Counted from the first letter of the stretch, positions 30,459-39,984 are shown. The stretch: 64,000 nt of DNA from Polyangiales bacterium (GCA_046598735.1 JBKJIA010000466.1:17292-81291), one strand, 5' to 3'. Made by a program: numbers and translations. Notes: a model not told the origin generated them from the sequence alone.

Positions 30459-31906
30459 GGCTGAACGGTTGCCATAGCGGCTTGGCTGGCACGCAAAGTA
30501 AGACCCGCAATCACGCGTTCGAGCACGCCTTTGAAATCACCATTGGACATGATGACTACCGTATCGCCCGCATGGGTTTGCTCGAGCAGACTGCGCACGA
30601 TGCTGTCGTGATCGGGCGCGGCCTCTGCGCGCTTGCCCGTAGCTGCAATGTGCTCAGCTATCGTGCTTACGTCCAAGCGCTCGGCTGCTGCGATTTCCAA
30701 GCGTCCGACGGGCGCAAGGATCGTCCAGTCTGCGCTTTCGAATGCTGCGGCGTAGACGTCTTGATGCAGTTTGCGCGAGGCCGTGGCGCTGCGTGGCTCG
30801 AACACCGCGATGACCTTACCGTCTGGATGACGCGCACGAAGCCCGCGCAAGGTCTCGCGTACGGCCGTTGGGTGATGGGCGAAGTCATCGTAGATGCGCA
30901 CGCCGTCTGCCACGGCTACGAGCTCCTGGCGCCGTTTTACGCCGCGGAACTGGCTCAGGCTGCGGGCGAGCTGTTGCACGGCCACGTTTGCGCCCTCCGC
31001 ACAAAGTGCGATCGCGGCCACGGCATTGCGAATGTTATGGGCCCCCGACAACGGCGAATGCACGCGACCACAGCTCGATCCGCCAAAGAACAAATCGAAC
31101 GGTTGCTGATTGCCAACCGCGGGCGCCGCCGCAGCAAGCCACACGGGCACGACATCGCCTGTATCATCACCGTCGAGCGCGTAGAAACTCACGCGACAAC
31201 GCGCGTGGGCCGCAAGCTTGCGCACTTCCGGATCGCCTGCGTAAGCCACGAGCAAACCATCGGCCGGAATGCGCTCCACAAAACCTGCGAACGCCGCCCG
31301 ATAGCTTTCGATCGTCGGATAGATGTCGATGTGATCGTGTTCGACGGACGTGATGATCGCAGCGAACGGCCGATAGCGGAAAAACTTGGGTTGCTTCTCG
31401 AAAAACGCGCTGTCGTATTCGTCGCCTTCGATCACGAACGGCGAATCCGCTGCACCGAGTCCGAAGCTCTCCGGAAGATCTTGCGGCACGCCACCGAGCA
31501 AAAAGCCGGGATCACGACCGGCCGCCCGCAAAAGTTGTGTAACGAGCGCCGTGGTTGTGGTCTTACCGTGTGTACCGGCCACGACAAAACTCTGCCGATC
31601 GGCAAGGAACAGCTGCTCGAGCGCTCCCGGCATGGACAAATAAGGCAGCCCACCATCGATCGCCGCGCGTGCTTCTGGGTTGTCGCGTCTACATACGTTG
31701 CCCACCACGACTAAATCGGGAGCTGGCTCCAGGTGCTCCGCTAAGAAGCCGCGCTTGGCTTCGACACCCCACTGCGCGAGCTTGTCACCCATTGGGGGAT
31801 AGAACGCCGTGTCACTCCCTGTTACGCGATGTCCAGCCTTACGTAAAAGCCCGGCCAGCGCGCCCATGCCCGTGCCCGCGACGCCTATCAAATGTACGTG
31901 TTTCAT
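30455..31906 (-). CDS. mpl: UDP-N-acetylmuramate:L-alanyl-gamma-D-glutamyl-meso-DAP ligase (murein peptide ligase Mpl)
   Basis: MKHVHLIGVAGTGMGALAGLLRKAGHRVTGSD..FYPPM (the YPPM block is typical of Mpl rather than MurC) and GTHGKTTTT. The start is the ATG at 31906; the ORF track uses a GTG at 31918. Confidence 0.85.
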   Translation of the reverse strand: MKHVHLIGVAGTGMGALAGLLRKAGHRVTGSDTAFYPPMGDKLAQWGVEAKRGFLAEHLEPAPDLVVVGNVCRRDNPEARAAIDGGLPYLSMPGALEQLFLADRQSFVVAGTHGKTTTTALVTQLLRAAGRDPGFLLGGVPQDLPESFGLGAADSPFVIEGDEYDSAFFEKQPKFFRYRPFAAIITSVEHDHIDIYPTIESYRAAFAGFVERIPADGLLVAYAGDPEVRKLAAHARCRVSFYALDGDDTGDVVPVWLAAAAPAVGNQQPFDLFFGGSSCGRVHSPLSGAHNIRNAVAAIALCAEGANVAVQQLARSLSQFRGVKRRQELVAVADGVRIYDDFAHHPTAVRETLRGLRARHPDGKVIAVFEPRSATASRKLHQDVYAAAFESADWTILAPVGRLEIAAAERLDVSTIAEHIAATGKRAEAAPDHDSIVRSLLEQTHAGDTVVIMSNGDFKGVLERVIAGLTLRASQAAMATVQP

Positions 31907-32006
31907 CGACACCCACACAGCGTACCCTCACCCACGTCATGACGCATGAAACGCGCAATTGTGAGAGTAAGTAAGGGAACAATGAGGTGAACGGGAAAGC
32001 ACACCG

Positions 32007-32034
32007 TTGACACGGCCGCTGCACGCCGCATCAT
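32007..32034 (+). promoter_or_regulatory. Candidate sigma-70-type promoter (TTGACA - 16 nt - CATCAT)
   Basis: A perfect -35 hexamer lies at 32007-32012 and a 4/6 -10 match at 32029-32034, about 60 nt upstream of the small ORF at 32096. This is sequence resemblance only. Confidence 0.2.
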
Positions 32035-32095
32035 GAGAGAGTAGGCACGAGCTCGTGAAGCACCGATTACAGGCCTCAGCACGGCGGTAAACAAG

Positions 32096-32272
32096 ATGGC
32101 GGAACGGCGTCCAGAGAAGTCAAAGAAGTCGCTTAAGGCAAGGGCGCAAGATGTCATCCAGGGCGTACTGCAGGACGTGTTGGACGCAGTCGGATCGATG
32201 ATCGCCCCCGCTCCCCAGCTCGTTCCGATTCCCGTGCGCTCCAGGCAGCCCCGGCACGGACGCCGCTACTAG
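32096..32272 (+). CDS. Candidate small protein (58 aa), below the 60-aa cutoff of the ORF track
   Basis: My own translation: MAERRPEKSKKSLKARAQDVIQGVLQDVLDAVGSMIAPAPQLVPIPVRSRQPRHGRRY*. Third-position GC is about 74 % (hand count), similar to real genes here. It lies in the largest intergenic gap of the window. I recognise no family. Confidence 0.25.
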   Translation: MAERRPEKSKKSLKARAQDVIQGVLQDVLDAVGSMIAPAPQLVPIPVRSRQPRHGRRY

Positions 32273-32393
32273 ACGCGATGTTCGTTGCGCGCGCCGCTGC
32301 TAGACAGCGTGATCGCGCTGCAAATGCCCAGGGGCTGAGCCGCTCTCGAGCGAGCGCCAAGTCGGCGCCGTCTTTGCGGTCACCCTGTCCGAG

Positions 32394-32663
32394 TCAGGCT
32401 TCGCCTTTATTAGTTTCGTCTTTATCGGCCTCGTCGTCGGCTTCGTCGTCGGCTTCGTCGTCGTCGTCGTCGTCTTCGTCGTCACCTTCGACGATGTCGT
32501 CATCGTCGTCATCGTCGCCGTCGAGGGACACGCTTACGGCGTTCTGCTCGGTGTCGGGCAAGGCCTCAAGCTGACGCTTGAGAAGCTCGGGATCCACGAG
32601 ACCCTTTGCGATGTTGCGCTCTACGACACGCTTGTCGACCAGCTTATTGGAGTACGTCGTCAT
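32394..32663 (-). CDS. Small protein with an extremely acidic Asp/Glu tail
   Basis: The internal ATG at 32663 gives MTTYSNKLVDKRVVERNIAKGLVDPELLKRQLEALPDTEQNAVSVSLDGDDDDDDDIVEGDDEDDDDDDEADDEADDEADKDETNKGEA (89 aa). The longer ORF-track version overlaps the Omp85 gene and looks spurious. It starts 43 bp downstream of the Omp85 gene on the same strand. Confidence 0.5.
   Translation of the reverse strand: MTTYSNKLVDKRVVERNIAKGLVDPELLKRQLEALPDTEQNAVSVSLDGDDDDDDDIVEGDDEDDDDDDEADDEADDEADKDETNKGEA
32427..32518. repeat. GTC/GAC triplet and 12-bp tandem repeat tract (encodes the acidic tail)
   Basis: ggcctcgtcgtc ggcttcgtcgtc ggcttcgtcgtc gtcgtcgtcgtc ttcgtcgtc ... gtcatcgtcgtcatcgtc. It was read directly from the sequence. 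Confidence 0.7.
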
Positions 32664-32706
32664 GGGCGCGATTGTGGGAGGCCCGTGAAATGCTGTCAAC
32701 TGGCGT

Positions 32707-35700
32707 TCAAAACGTCTGAAATGCGAACTGAAAGGCGCCCACCACATCGAACGGCGAGGTGGAGATGCTGCGCACACCATAGTCGAGCGCAAGCGACGCA
32801 ACGGGCGTTTGAAAGCGCAAACCCATGCCCACGGTGGTTTCCACCTGACCTAGGTCGAGCGCCTTCGGATTGGCCCACAGATTGCCAATATCCGTAAACA
32901 CGCCGCCATATAGCTCGGAAAACAACGGAAACCTTAGCTCGGATTGGACCGCCGCAAACGTCTCGCCGCCGCGCGAAACGATGTTGTCGGAGTCGATGTT
33001 GGGATTGTCTTGCAGGTCCTGCGGGATCATCTGATTTTGATTGAAGCCGCGAAAGTTGGCACCACCGAGATAGAAGCGGCGATTGGGGTAGCTCTTGGAG
33101 TTCTTCTCGAGGTGCACGATGCGTCCGTAACGAGCTTGCGTGGCGAGAATTAACCAATCCGCGAGCGGAACATAGAACGCAACGCTCGCCAGGAAGCGCA
33201 ATAGGTTACTGCGGAAGAGCACGCTCCTATTGCCTGCGTCGAGCGTGATGTTGGCTTGCTTGTCTTGCAGCGTGTGCGCCCACTCGGAGTTGAGCGAGAT
33301 CAAGGCGCCGCGCTTGGGGTTGTAGGTGCGGTCGCGCAGATCCCAAGCCCAGTTGAACTGCGTGGCAGCGAGTGTGTTCTTACCATCGGGCACGATGGCA
33401 GACGTGGGAAGGTTGCCGTAGCTCACGCGCTCCGAGCCATCTCCGTGCAAAGCGAACAGATAGAAGTCGCTCGCCTCGACCTCTTCGGCGACCGACAACG
33501 TGACGCGCTTGATCGGCCGATAGAGCACCGTGCCCACGACACTTTGCTTGGTCATGCGAAAGTCGCGCTGGATGTCTTGGAGCGATACGAGATCGACCGT
33601 GACGCTGTTCTTGGGAAAATGCGGAATGTACGGAATGCCGGTGGTGAGCATCGCTTGGTATTCGAGGCGCTCACTCAGATCGAGCGACGTGTAGCGCTCT
33701 TCGATCTGCTTATCCAAGAACACGAACTGGTAGCCGAGCTGACCGCGGAAGGTGGTGCTAACGGCGCTGCCGAAGAGGTTGCGATAGCCGTACTCGAAGC
33801 CCCCACGTATGCCTTCACCGGTACTGAATCCCGCATTCCAGCCCAAAAACTGCGTCTTACGTTCGCCTACGCTGACGACGATGGTCTTGACACGCGCGGG
33901 CAAATCTTCGGCATCGGGTGAAACGGTGACGCTCGTGAACACGTCGAGCGCGAACAAGGCGTCTTGGGTTTTGCGCGCGAGCGAAGGACGATAGACGTCG
34001 CCCGGCTTGAGCATCACGCGGTTTCTGATCATCGATTCGTTCGAGCGTTCGCCGCCTCGTACTTCGATACTGCCCACTCTGACGAGAAAGCGTTCGACGG
34101 TGTCGAAGGTCACTTCGGCCCGTGTCTTGTCGTCGGACATGCGCACGCGCGGCTCGACGGTAGCGTAGAAGAAGCCTTGTTCTTGGTAAGCCTCGACCAC
34201 GCGCAGGCGCGCCTCTTCGAGCTTGAGATAGCTAAATGGCGCGCCGCGCTTCAGGCCCGCAGCATCTAGCAAGCTGCGGCTCGGCAGCTGCGCATTTCCT
34301 TGAACCTGAATGTCGTAGAGGAAGGTGCGCGGGCCTTCGGCTATCGCGACTTCCACGACGGCGCGACCCGGCTCAGGCAGTGGAATGACCTTGGGCGATG
34401 CGACTGCAACACTCAGGTAGCCATCCGCGCGATAAAGCTCTCGGATGTGCTCGATGGCTTGCTCATAGGTGGGGCCGTAAAATATGCGGCGCGGATCGTG
34501 CACGATCGGAGCCTTTGCCGAGCGACGCTCTTGCGCTTTACCACCGCCAAACCCGAGCTCATCGGCTACCTCGGAATCGACGGGCATGCGCACGGTCGAG
34601 CCCGGCAAATCTTCTTCGAGGTAGCTGTAGATTTGGTCGCGCAGCAAGTCGCTGTCGAAATGGTAAGCCCCAGGAAAGCTGATGGCGGAAATTTCGAGTT
34701 GAGCTCCAGGCACGATTTGCACGTCGACCACGACCGAGCTCAGTTCCCACGCTTCGCTCGACTCGCTCTCGGTGAGCGGCTCCTTCAGCCTTACGGTTCG
34801 AATGTGCGCTTGAGCATCCACGAAGCCGTAGCGACGGTACAAGTCGAGCAGACGGTTCTCGAGCGCGTGCAGCGACGTATCGCCGACCAGGCGTTCGGCC
34901 CCGAGATCGAGCGCCTCGAACAGCTCGCTCTTGGATAGCGGTTCGTTGCCCCGAAATCGCACTTCGTGATGGGGGCCGACCGCGCTCGGGACCAACACGC
35001 GGGCACGACGCTCTGTGCGCTCGATCTTGGGCGCTCCGAAAGCAGCCGCGTAAAAGCCGGTACGGCGCAACAGCTCTTGGGCTTGCTCTAAGTTCTCTTT
35101 GATCTTGGCTTCGTCGACGATGTCGCCCACGCCGAAACGCAGCACGCGGCCGAGTCCCTTACGCCTTGGTAGTCGGTCGCCGATGAACACGATTTCGATG
35201 ATGCGCGTGGGCTCGCCCTCGACGATCTCTACGCGTACGACTTTGCGGCCCGGGTCTTCGGTGTCGCGCAACACGATCTTGACCTGAGCTTCGTGATAGC
35301 CGCGGCCGTGATAGGCCTCGGCCACCGCAGCGGTCCAGAGCGAGAACGCGGTGTCGTCGATCTCGCTTTCTTCACGCACGCCGACCAAGCGCAAGATCTC
35401 ACGGTCAGTCAGGACGCGGTTGCCGATCATCTCGACGCGCTGGGCGATCACGCGCGGTGCGAGTAGAAACACCACCGCCACGCCGCCACTCGCCGGCACG
35501 ACGTCGATATCGATCTGCGCCCAACGCCCAGTGTCGGAGAGCTTTTGGATCGCATCACGCAGCAGCGCGCGCGTGAGCTGTGCACCCTTACGCACGAAGA
35601 GCTCGCTCTCCGCTACGCGCCCCACCTGTTCGCCGGCGACGCGCACCTCGACGATGCGCAGGTTCATCCACTCGGCCGGTATTTCGGCCCGCACCGAACG

Positions 35701-35787
35701 GCAATACAGTAAGCACGCGCCGAGCACTACCAGCGCGGAAAAAAGGCGGCGCCTCGCGCGGCTCGCTGCTGCGGACAAAATGCTCAC
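32707..35787 (-). CDS. Omp85-family outer-membrane protein (BamA/TamA-like), unusually long (1026 aa)
   Basis: It has a signal peptide, multiple POTRA-like repeats (e.g. IVEVRVAG.., IEIVFIGDR.., ISAISFPGAY.., LYDIQVQGNAQLP.., VGSIEVRGGERS) and a C-terminal barrel ending in the aromatic beta-signal ...GAFQFAFQTF. Confidence 0.85.
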   Translation of the reverse strand: MSILSAAASRARRRLFSALVVLGACLLYCRSVRAEIPAEWMNLRIVEVRVAGEQVGRVAESELFVRKGAQLTRALLRDAIQKLSDTGRWAQIDIDVVPASGGVAVVFLLAPRVIAQRVEMIGNRVLTDREILRLVGVREESEIDDTAFSLWTAAVAEAYHGRGYHEAQVKIVLRDTEDPGRKVVRVEIVEGEPTRIIEIVFIGDRLPRRKGLGRVLRFGVGDIVDEAKIKENLEQAQELLRRTGFYAAAFGAPKIERTERRARVLVPSAVGPHHEVRFRGNEPLSKSELFEALDLGAERLVGDTSLHALENRLLDLYRRYGFVDAQAHIRTVRLKEPLTESESSEAWELSSVVVDVQIVPGAQLEISAISFPGAYHFDSDLLRDQIYSYLEEDLPGSTVRMPVDSEVADELGFGGGKAQERRSAKAPIVHDPRRIFYGPTYEQAIEHIRELYRADGYLSVAVASPKVIPLPEPGRAVVEVAIAEGPRTFLYDIQVQGNAQLPSRSLLDAAGLKRGAPFSYLKLEEARLRVVEAYQEQGFFYATVEPRVRMSDDKTRAEVTFDTVERFLVRVGSIEVRGGERSNESMIRNRVMLKPGDVYRPSLARKTQDALFALDVFTSVTVSPDAEDLPARVKTIVVSVGERKTQFLGWNAGFSTGEGIRGGFEYGYRNLFGSAVSTTFRGQLGYQFVFLDKQIEERYTSLDLSERLEYQAMLTTGIPYIPHFPKNSVTVDLVSLQDIQRDFRMTKQSVVGTVLYRPIKRVTLSVAEEVEASDFYLFALHGDGSERVSYGNLPTSAIVPDGKNTLAATQFNWAWDLRDRTYNPKRGALISLNSEWAHTLQDKQANITLDAGNRSVLFRSNLLRFLASVAFYVPLADWLILATQARYGRIVHLEKNSKSYPNRRFYLGGANFRGFNQNQMIPQDLQDNPNIDSDNIVSRGGETFAAVQSELRFPLFSELYGGVFTDIGNLWANPKALDLGQVETTVGMGLRFQTPVASLALDYGVRSISTSPFDVVGAFQFAFQTF

Positions 35788-35802
35788 GGCTAGTCGTGTA
35801 TC

Positions 35803-38800
35803 TCAGTCAAACTCGAGCCGCCAGCGTAGATCCAAACCCACATTGCCAAACTGCGAAGAAGTCGTGGTCTGCACGTTGTCGTAGGCGGCTTCCACGCTGG
35901 TCTGGTTGCTAAGGCGCCATTCGACACCGGTCTTGAAGTTCGAGTCCGCTGTCAGGCCCGTGGTGGCGCTGGCGCGTACGGTGTCGGTCAAACGTTTGCC
36001 CACCACGACTTGCGGTTCCGTACGATTGGTGCGCACGGAATAGGCACTGGTGACGTTGAAGTCGTCGATCAGCGGCAAGGCGCGTTTCACCTCGCGATCG
36101 ACGCCTGAAACGGTGGCTAGCGCTTCGAGGGCTGCGCCACCGGTAAGACTACCCGTGCCCAAACGCTCCGCTTCCGCGCGCGTCAGGCCCGCCGTGAGCA
36201 GCAGTGCGATATCTTCTTGCGCGAGTGCGGGATCGCTCGATGTCTCGATCTTGAGGTTGTCGGTCTCGCCCGAAGCATGCAAGTTGATGAGCCAGCGAGC
36301 GCCCGACGCATCGGCAGCGCGGCGAAATTCCGTACGCGCATGCACATCGAGGCGCGGCGTGATGTGATGTTCATCGTCGAAGCGCACGGTGCCTTCGTCG
36401 AGCGTGAACGTACTGCTACGGAAGCGCAGCGTGCCGCGCGTGAGCGCCAACGTGCCGAGCACACCCACGCGTTGATCGGTGCCCAAGATACGGAAGGCGC
36501 GCTCGCTATCTTCGATGCGCAGCTCGGCGCTCAATAGATTGTTGGCGATGCGAATGGGCTCGTCGTCGACGATCTTCAGATCGAACGCGAGTCTATCGAG
36601 CGCGGGATCGTAGACCTCACGATACACTCGTTTGGCCTGCGAAAGACCGGTAAGACGTTCGGTAATGCCGAGGGAAAAAGGGCGCTTGTAGCGTGCGCGC
36701 AAAAGACGCACGGTGCCTGTGAGCTCTGGGATACGAGCACCGGCATCGAAGTTCAGACGCGTGTCTGCTGCAAACGCTAGCTCCACGCCACCATACGGTT
36801 CGATACTCACGTCGCGCACCGTCAGAAAGAACTCATAACGGTCCAGGCTCTGCCCTTTGAGGGCGGCGGAACCACGCATGTTAACTTTGCCGCCCGAAAG
36901 CGTGGCATCGAAGCGTTCGAGCAAGACCTCCCGCTCACTGAAGGCAATGCTCGCGGAAATCTTTTCAAGCGGTTGCGGATAGCCTTCGAGCAGCAGCGTA
37001 CCGTCTGCGAGCGAAGCGCGGCCGTAGATGCTGGGCGCTGCCACTCGGCCAGTGACCTTGACGTCGAGTGTGAACTGTCCAGTCGAACGCGAGATGCCGG
37101 GCACGAGTGCCGAGAGCGCGCTCAAGTCGACATCGCCATGCAACGTAGTCTGCAAACCCGAGGCCATGGCAGCGCCACCCTCGACCGTAAGGACCGAACC
37201 ATTGCCAATCAAACGCGCACGCTCGATGCTCGCGCCGCGACCGGTCAGACGTACGACCAAGGGCCCGTCGCTCTCGATCCAGGCCTTGTCGCGACCGATG
37301 CGTGCGTTGAGTAAGGTGACTCGACCTTGCAATGAATCGAGATCGGCCATGACGCCGCCGCGCAAGTCCACGTGCCCGCTGAGGGCGCCTGTGATGGGCT
37401 CGTCGGTTCGCTTACGCGGCCCAAATAACCAGGCCATCGGAAGCTTCTCGAGATCGAGCGTGCCGCGCACAGGCAGGCCCTCTGCCGCGCCGACCGCCAG
37501 ATCGAGTGCAAGTCTGTTATCAAAGCCTCTGCCGCAAATCAGATAGGCGACGGGTGGCGGAGGCGGTCCACCGTCAGAGATGATGTCGTCGCTTTGCCAC
37601 GTGGCGTGTACGAGACCGATGCGCGCGCTCGCGCAGCGTTCACCACGCGGGGGATGATCGACGTCCCACTGGGCCGCTGCCTGCACCCACGGATCGTCAC
37701 GATGCGTGAGCTTGACGTAGCTGCGCAAATCGCCCAGCGAGCGCGTGCCAAATGCGGCCCCGATCAGCTCCACATCGAAGCCTGCCATCGGTTGCGCCAA
37801 CGTTCCGCGCACGACGCCAACGGCGTTGAGATCGCCATGGATGTGCTCTGGCATGGTCGCGAGCGCTTCGAGCTCACGCAGGTTCAGTTCCTCCGCAAGC
37901 ATGGTCATGTTCAGCTTGGTGCCGAGATCCATGCTGCCGGAAGCGTGAAGCGCACCCTTACCTTTGATCAGATGCAGCTCGGAAAGCGCCAACTGCACGC
38001 CGCGTGTGCCGTCGGAAATATGCCGCCACGTAAAGACTCCGTCCACGCGTCCGCGGTTGAAGCGTATCCCGTGCACGGTCGCTTCACTGACATCGAGATC
38101 CGCATCTACGGCGAGTGTTCCATCCGCGTCATCCCCGGCAAAGCCAAGTGAGTAATGGGCGCTGACCGAACCCTTCACGACGCCTTGGTAAGGTTTGAAG
38201 TCCGCATCTTCTTCGAGCACGAACGTGTGATAGAAATCCGCCAAAGTCAGCCTATTGAGGCGAGCGCTGCCATCGATCGAAAAGTGCTGGGTAAAGTCCA
38301 AGAACAAATTGTCGATCACGTAGCGCGTGCTGTTCTTGGCGACCTGAGTGTCTTTGAAGCGCACCGCCAGGCCTTCTTGTTCGAGCACGGCGTTCGTCTT
38401 GACGTGCCCGAGCCGATAGCCATCAATGGAGAAATTCTCCATGGCAAGACTGCCCGTAAGCGTGGGATTCGAATAGGTGCCGCCCACATCGAGCTGGAAC
38501 TTACCTACGCCTGTGAGCGGCATGCCGACGAGGCCCGTGCTGTCCGCAAGGTCGAGGTGATCGCCATAGGCCGTGACGCCGAGCGCGTCTTTAAAGCCCA
38601 GATGCACCGTCGCGAATATCTCGGAATGGGGCAAGAAGCCGTGCAGATCCTCGAAGCGCAACGCGTCGGGCCTGATCGCTACGCGCCCCGAAACCTGCCC
38701 CGGTGGCGTGCCGATGATCTCGGTCGACGTCGGGTCATGGTAAGCGCCTGACAGGGTCTTGAAGCTCACGTGCTCGGCCCAAATCGGGCCTGCTATCGCG

Positions 38801-39984
38801 ATCGGGTTGACGGTCCCCTTGATCTTGAAGCCGCCCTTCAGCACCCACTTCACCACGCAGTTTTGCGTGACATCGAGCTGGGCCATCAGTTTTTCGAACT
38901 CGAGGTGCGGCACGTCGCCCTGCACTTCGATCGGCATGTTTCCGGTCAAACCCATGCGGCCAGAGATCTTGGCGACACCACCGTTCTGAACGATCAGTCC
39001 TTGGCTGCCCGGCAGTAAGCGAATCTCATCCGGCGAGGCTTCGAGCTTCAGATCGAGCACTCCGAAGCCGAAACCTGCCACGTGCGCGTCGGCGAGGTGT
39101 ACGTCGGCCACGGCGTGCGGAACCTTGCCGGCGCCATCGATCGTGGCGCGTAGCGAAAGCTGTCCATCGATCGGCGGCAGGTCCACGCCCAGCGGCCACT
39201 GCGCAATCTTTTGCAGATCTGCCTTGAGCTTCAGGCGCAGCGCGTAACGCCCGTGCTCTACCGGTAGCGCAACCTTACCATCTTGAATACTCAGGTCGAA
39301 GGTGCTTGCCTCGACGCGCAGGCGCTTCACCTCGATGGCGTCCGGCGCAAGATGCGCTTCGAGCGCAACGCCCTTGACCTTCTCGCGCCCCGCTTCGTGG
39401 TCGACGTAACCTTCACCCACGGAGAGCTGCAACTGCACACGCGTTCCGTCCGTGACGCGCGCGACCAAGTTGAGCCGCGACAACTCGCCTGAAAATGTAG
39501 GCGTTCCGTCGACGACCAAGCGCGCGCGGCGCACGATCAGCTCCTCGAGGGGCACTCGTTCTGTCGCCGTGGCCTCACGCTTTTTCTTGGTGATCGGCAG
39601 CTCGGGCAGATTGACGATGCGGCCGTCTTCGATCCGCAAACGCACGTACGCGCCCTCGACCTGCAAGCGCGCAATCTCGACGCGCCCCCGCAACAGCGAC
39701 CACAGCGCAGGCTCGATCGTCACGCGCGAGGCAGTGGCTAGCAGACCCTTTCGCGGATGGGAGACTCGAATGGTTTGGGCCACGACGCGAAAAGGCAGCT
39801 CGAATGAGATGGGTCCAAGCTTCGCATCGAGCCCGAACTGCTCATGGATTGCGTCCGCCATACGTGCGTGGATGTGAGCCCGCACGCGAGGATGCTGAAG
39901 CGCACTCCATCCCAGGATGGCGCACAGCGAAAAGCCGAGCAGTATCCAGCGCTTTCTGAACCTGCGCCCTGTGGAGACGGACAT
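35803..39984 (-). CDS. tamB: TamB/AsmA-like translocation and assembly module protein (DUF490-type C-terminus)
   Basis: 1393 aa with an N-terminal signal-anchor (WILLGFSLCAILGWSAL), a long beta-rich body and a C-terminal VVVGKRLTDTVRASATTGL...VEWRLSNQTSVEAAYDN...DLRWRLEFD. It ends 15 bp upstream of the Omp85 gene. Confidence 0.8.
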   Translation of the reverse strand: MSVSTGRRFRKRWILLGFSLCAILGWSALQHPRVRAHIHARMADAIHEQFGLDAKLGPISFELPFRVVAQTIRVSHPRKGLLATASRVTIEPALWSLLRGRVEIARLQVEGAYVRLRIEDGRIVNLPELPITKKKREATATERVPLEELIVRRARLVVDGTPTFSGELSRLNLVARVTDGTRVQLQLSVGEGYVDHEAGREKVKGVALEAHLAPDAIEVKRLRVEASTFDLSIQDGKVALPVEHGRYALRLKLKADLQKIAQWPLGVDLPPIDGQLSLRATIDGAGKVPHAVADVHLADAHVAGFGFGVLDLKLEASPDEIRLLPGSQGLIVQNGGVAKISGRMGLTGNMPIEVQGDVPHLEFEKLMAQLDVTQNCVVKWVLKGGFKIKGTVNPIAIAGPIWAEHVSFKTLSGAYHDPTSTEIIGTPPGQVSGRVAIRPDALRFEDLHGFLPHSEIFATVHLGFKDALGVTAYGDHLDLADSTGLVGMPLTGVGKFQLDVGGTYSNPTLTGSLAMENFSIDGYRLGHVKTNAVLEQEGLAVRFKDTQVAKNSTRYVIDNLFLDFTQHFSIDGSARLNRLTLADFYHTFVLEEDADFKPYQGVVKGSVSAHYSLGFAGDDADGTLAVDADLDVSEATVHGIRFNRGRVDGVFTWRHISDGTRGVQLALSELHLIKGKGALHASGSMDLGTKLNMTMLAEELNLRELEALATMPEHIHGDLNAVGVVRGTLAQPMAGFDVELIGAAFGTRSLGDLRSYVKLTHRDDPWVQAAAQWDVDHPPRGERCASARIGLVHATWQSDDIISDGGPPPPPVAYLICGRGFDNRLALDLAVGAAEGLPVRGTLDLEKLPMAWLFGPRKRTDEPITGALSGHVDLRGGVMADLDSLQGRVTLLNARIGRDKAWIESDGPLVVRLTGRGASIERARLIGNGSVLTVEGGAAMASGLQTTLHGDVDLSALSALVPGISRSTGQFTLDVKVTGRVAAPSIYGRASLADGTLLLEGYPQPLEKISASIAFSEREVLLERFDATLSGGKVNMRGSAALKGQSLDRYEFFLTVRDVSIEPYGGVELAFAADTRLNFDAGARIPELTGTVRLLRARYKRPFSLGITERLTGLSQAKRVYREVYDPALDRLAFDLKIVDDEPIRIANNLLSAELRIEDSERAFRILGTDQRVGVLGTLALTRGTLRFRSSTFTLDEGTVRFDDEHHITPRLDVHARTEFRRAADASGARWLINLHASGETDNLKIETSSDPALAQEDIALLLTAGLTRAEAERLGTGSLTGGAALEALATVSGVDREVKRALPLIDDFNVTSAYSVRTNRTEPQVVVGKRLTDTVRASATTGLTADSNFKTGVEWRLSNQTSVEAAYDNVQTTTSSQFGNVGLDLRWRLEFD

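Noticed and set aside
32278-32574. A plus-strand ORF encoding a poly-Ser protein (..SSSASSSASSSSSSSSSSPS..).
   Set aside because: It is the reverse-complement reading of the GAC/GAA acidic-tail repeat. The minus-strand acidic protein has a proper structured N-terminal half.
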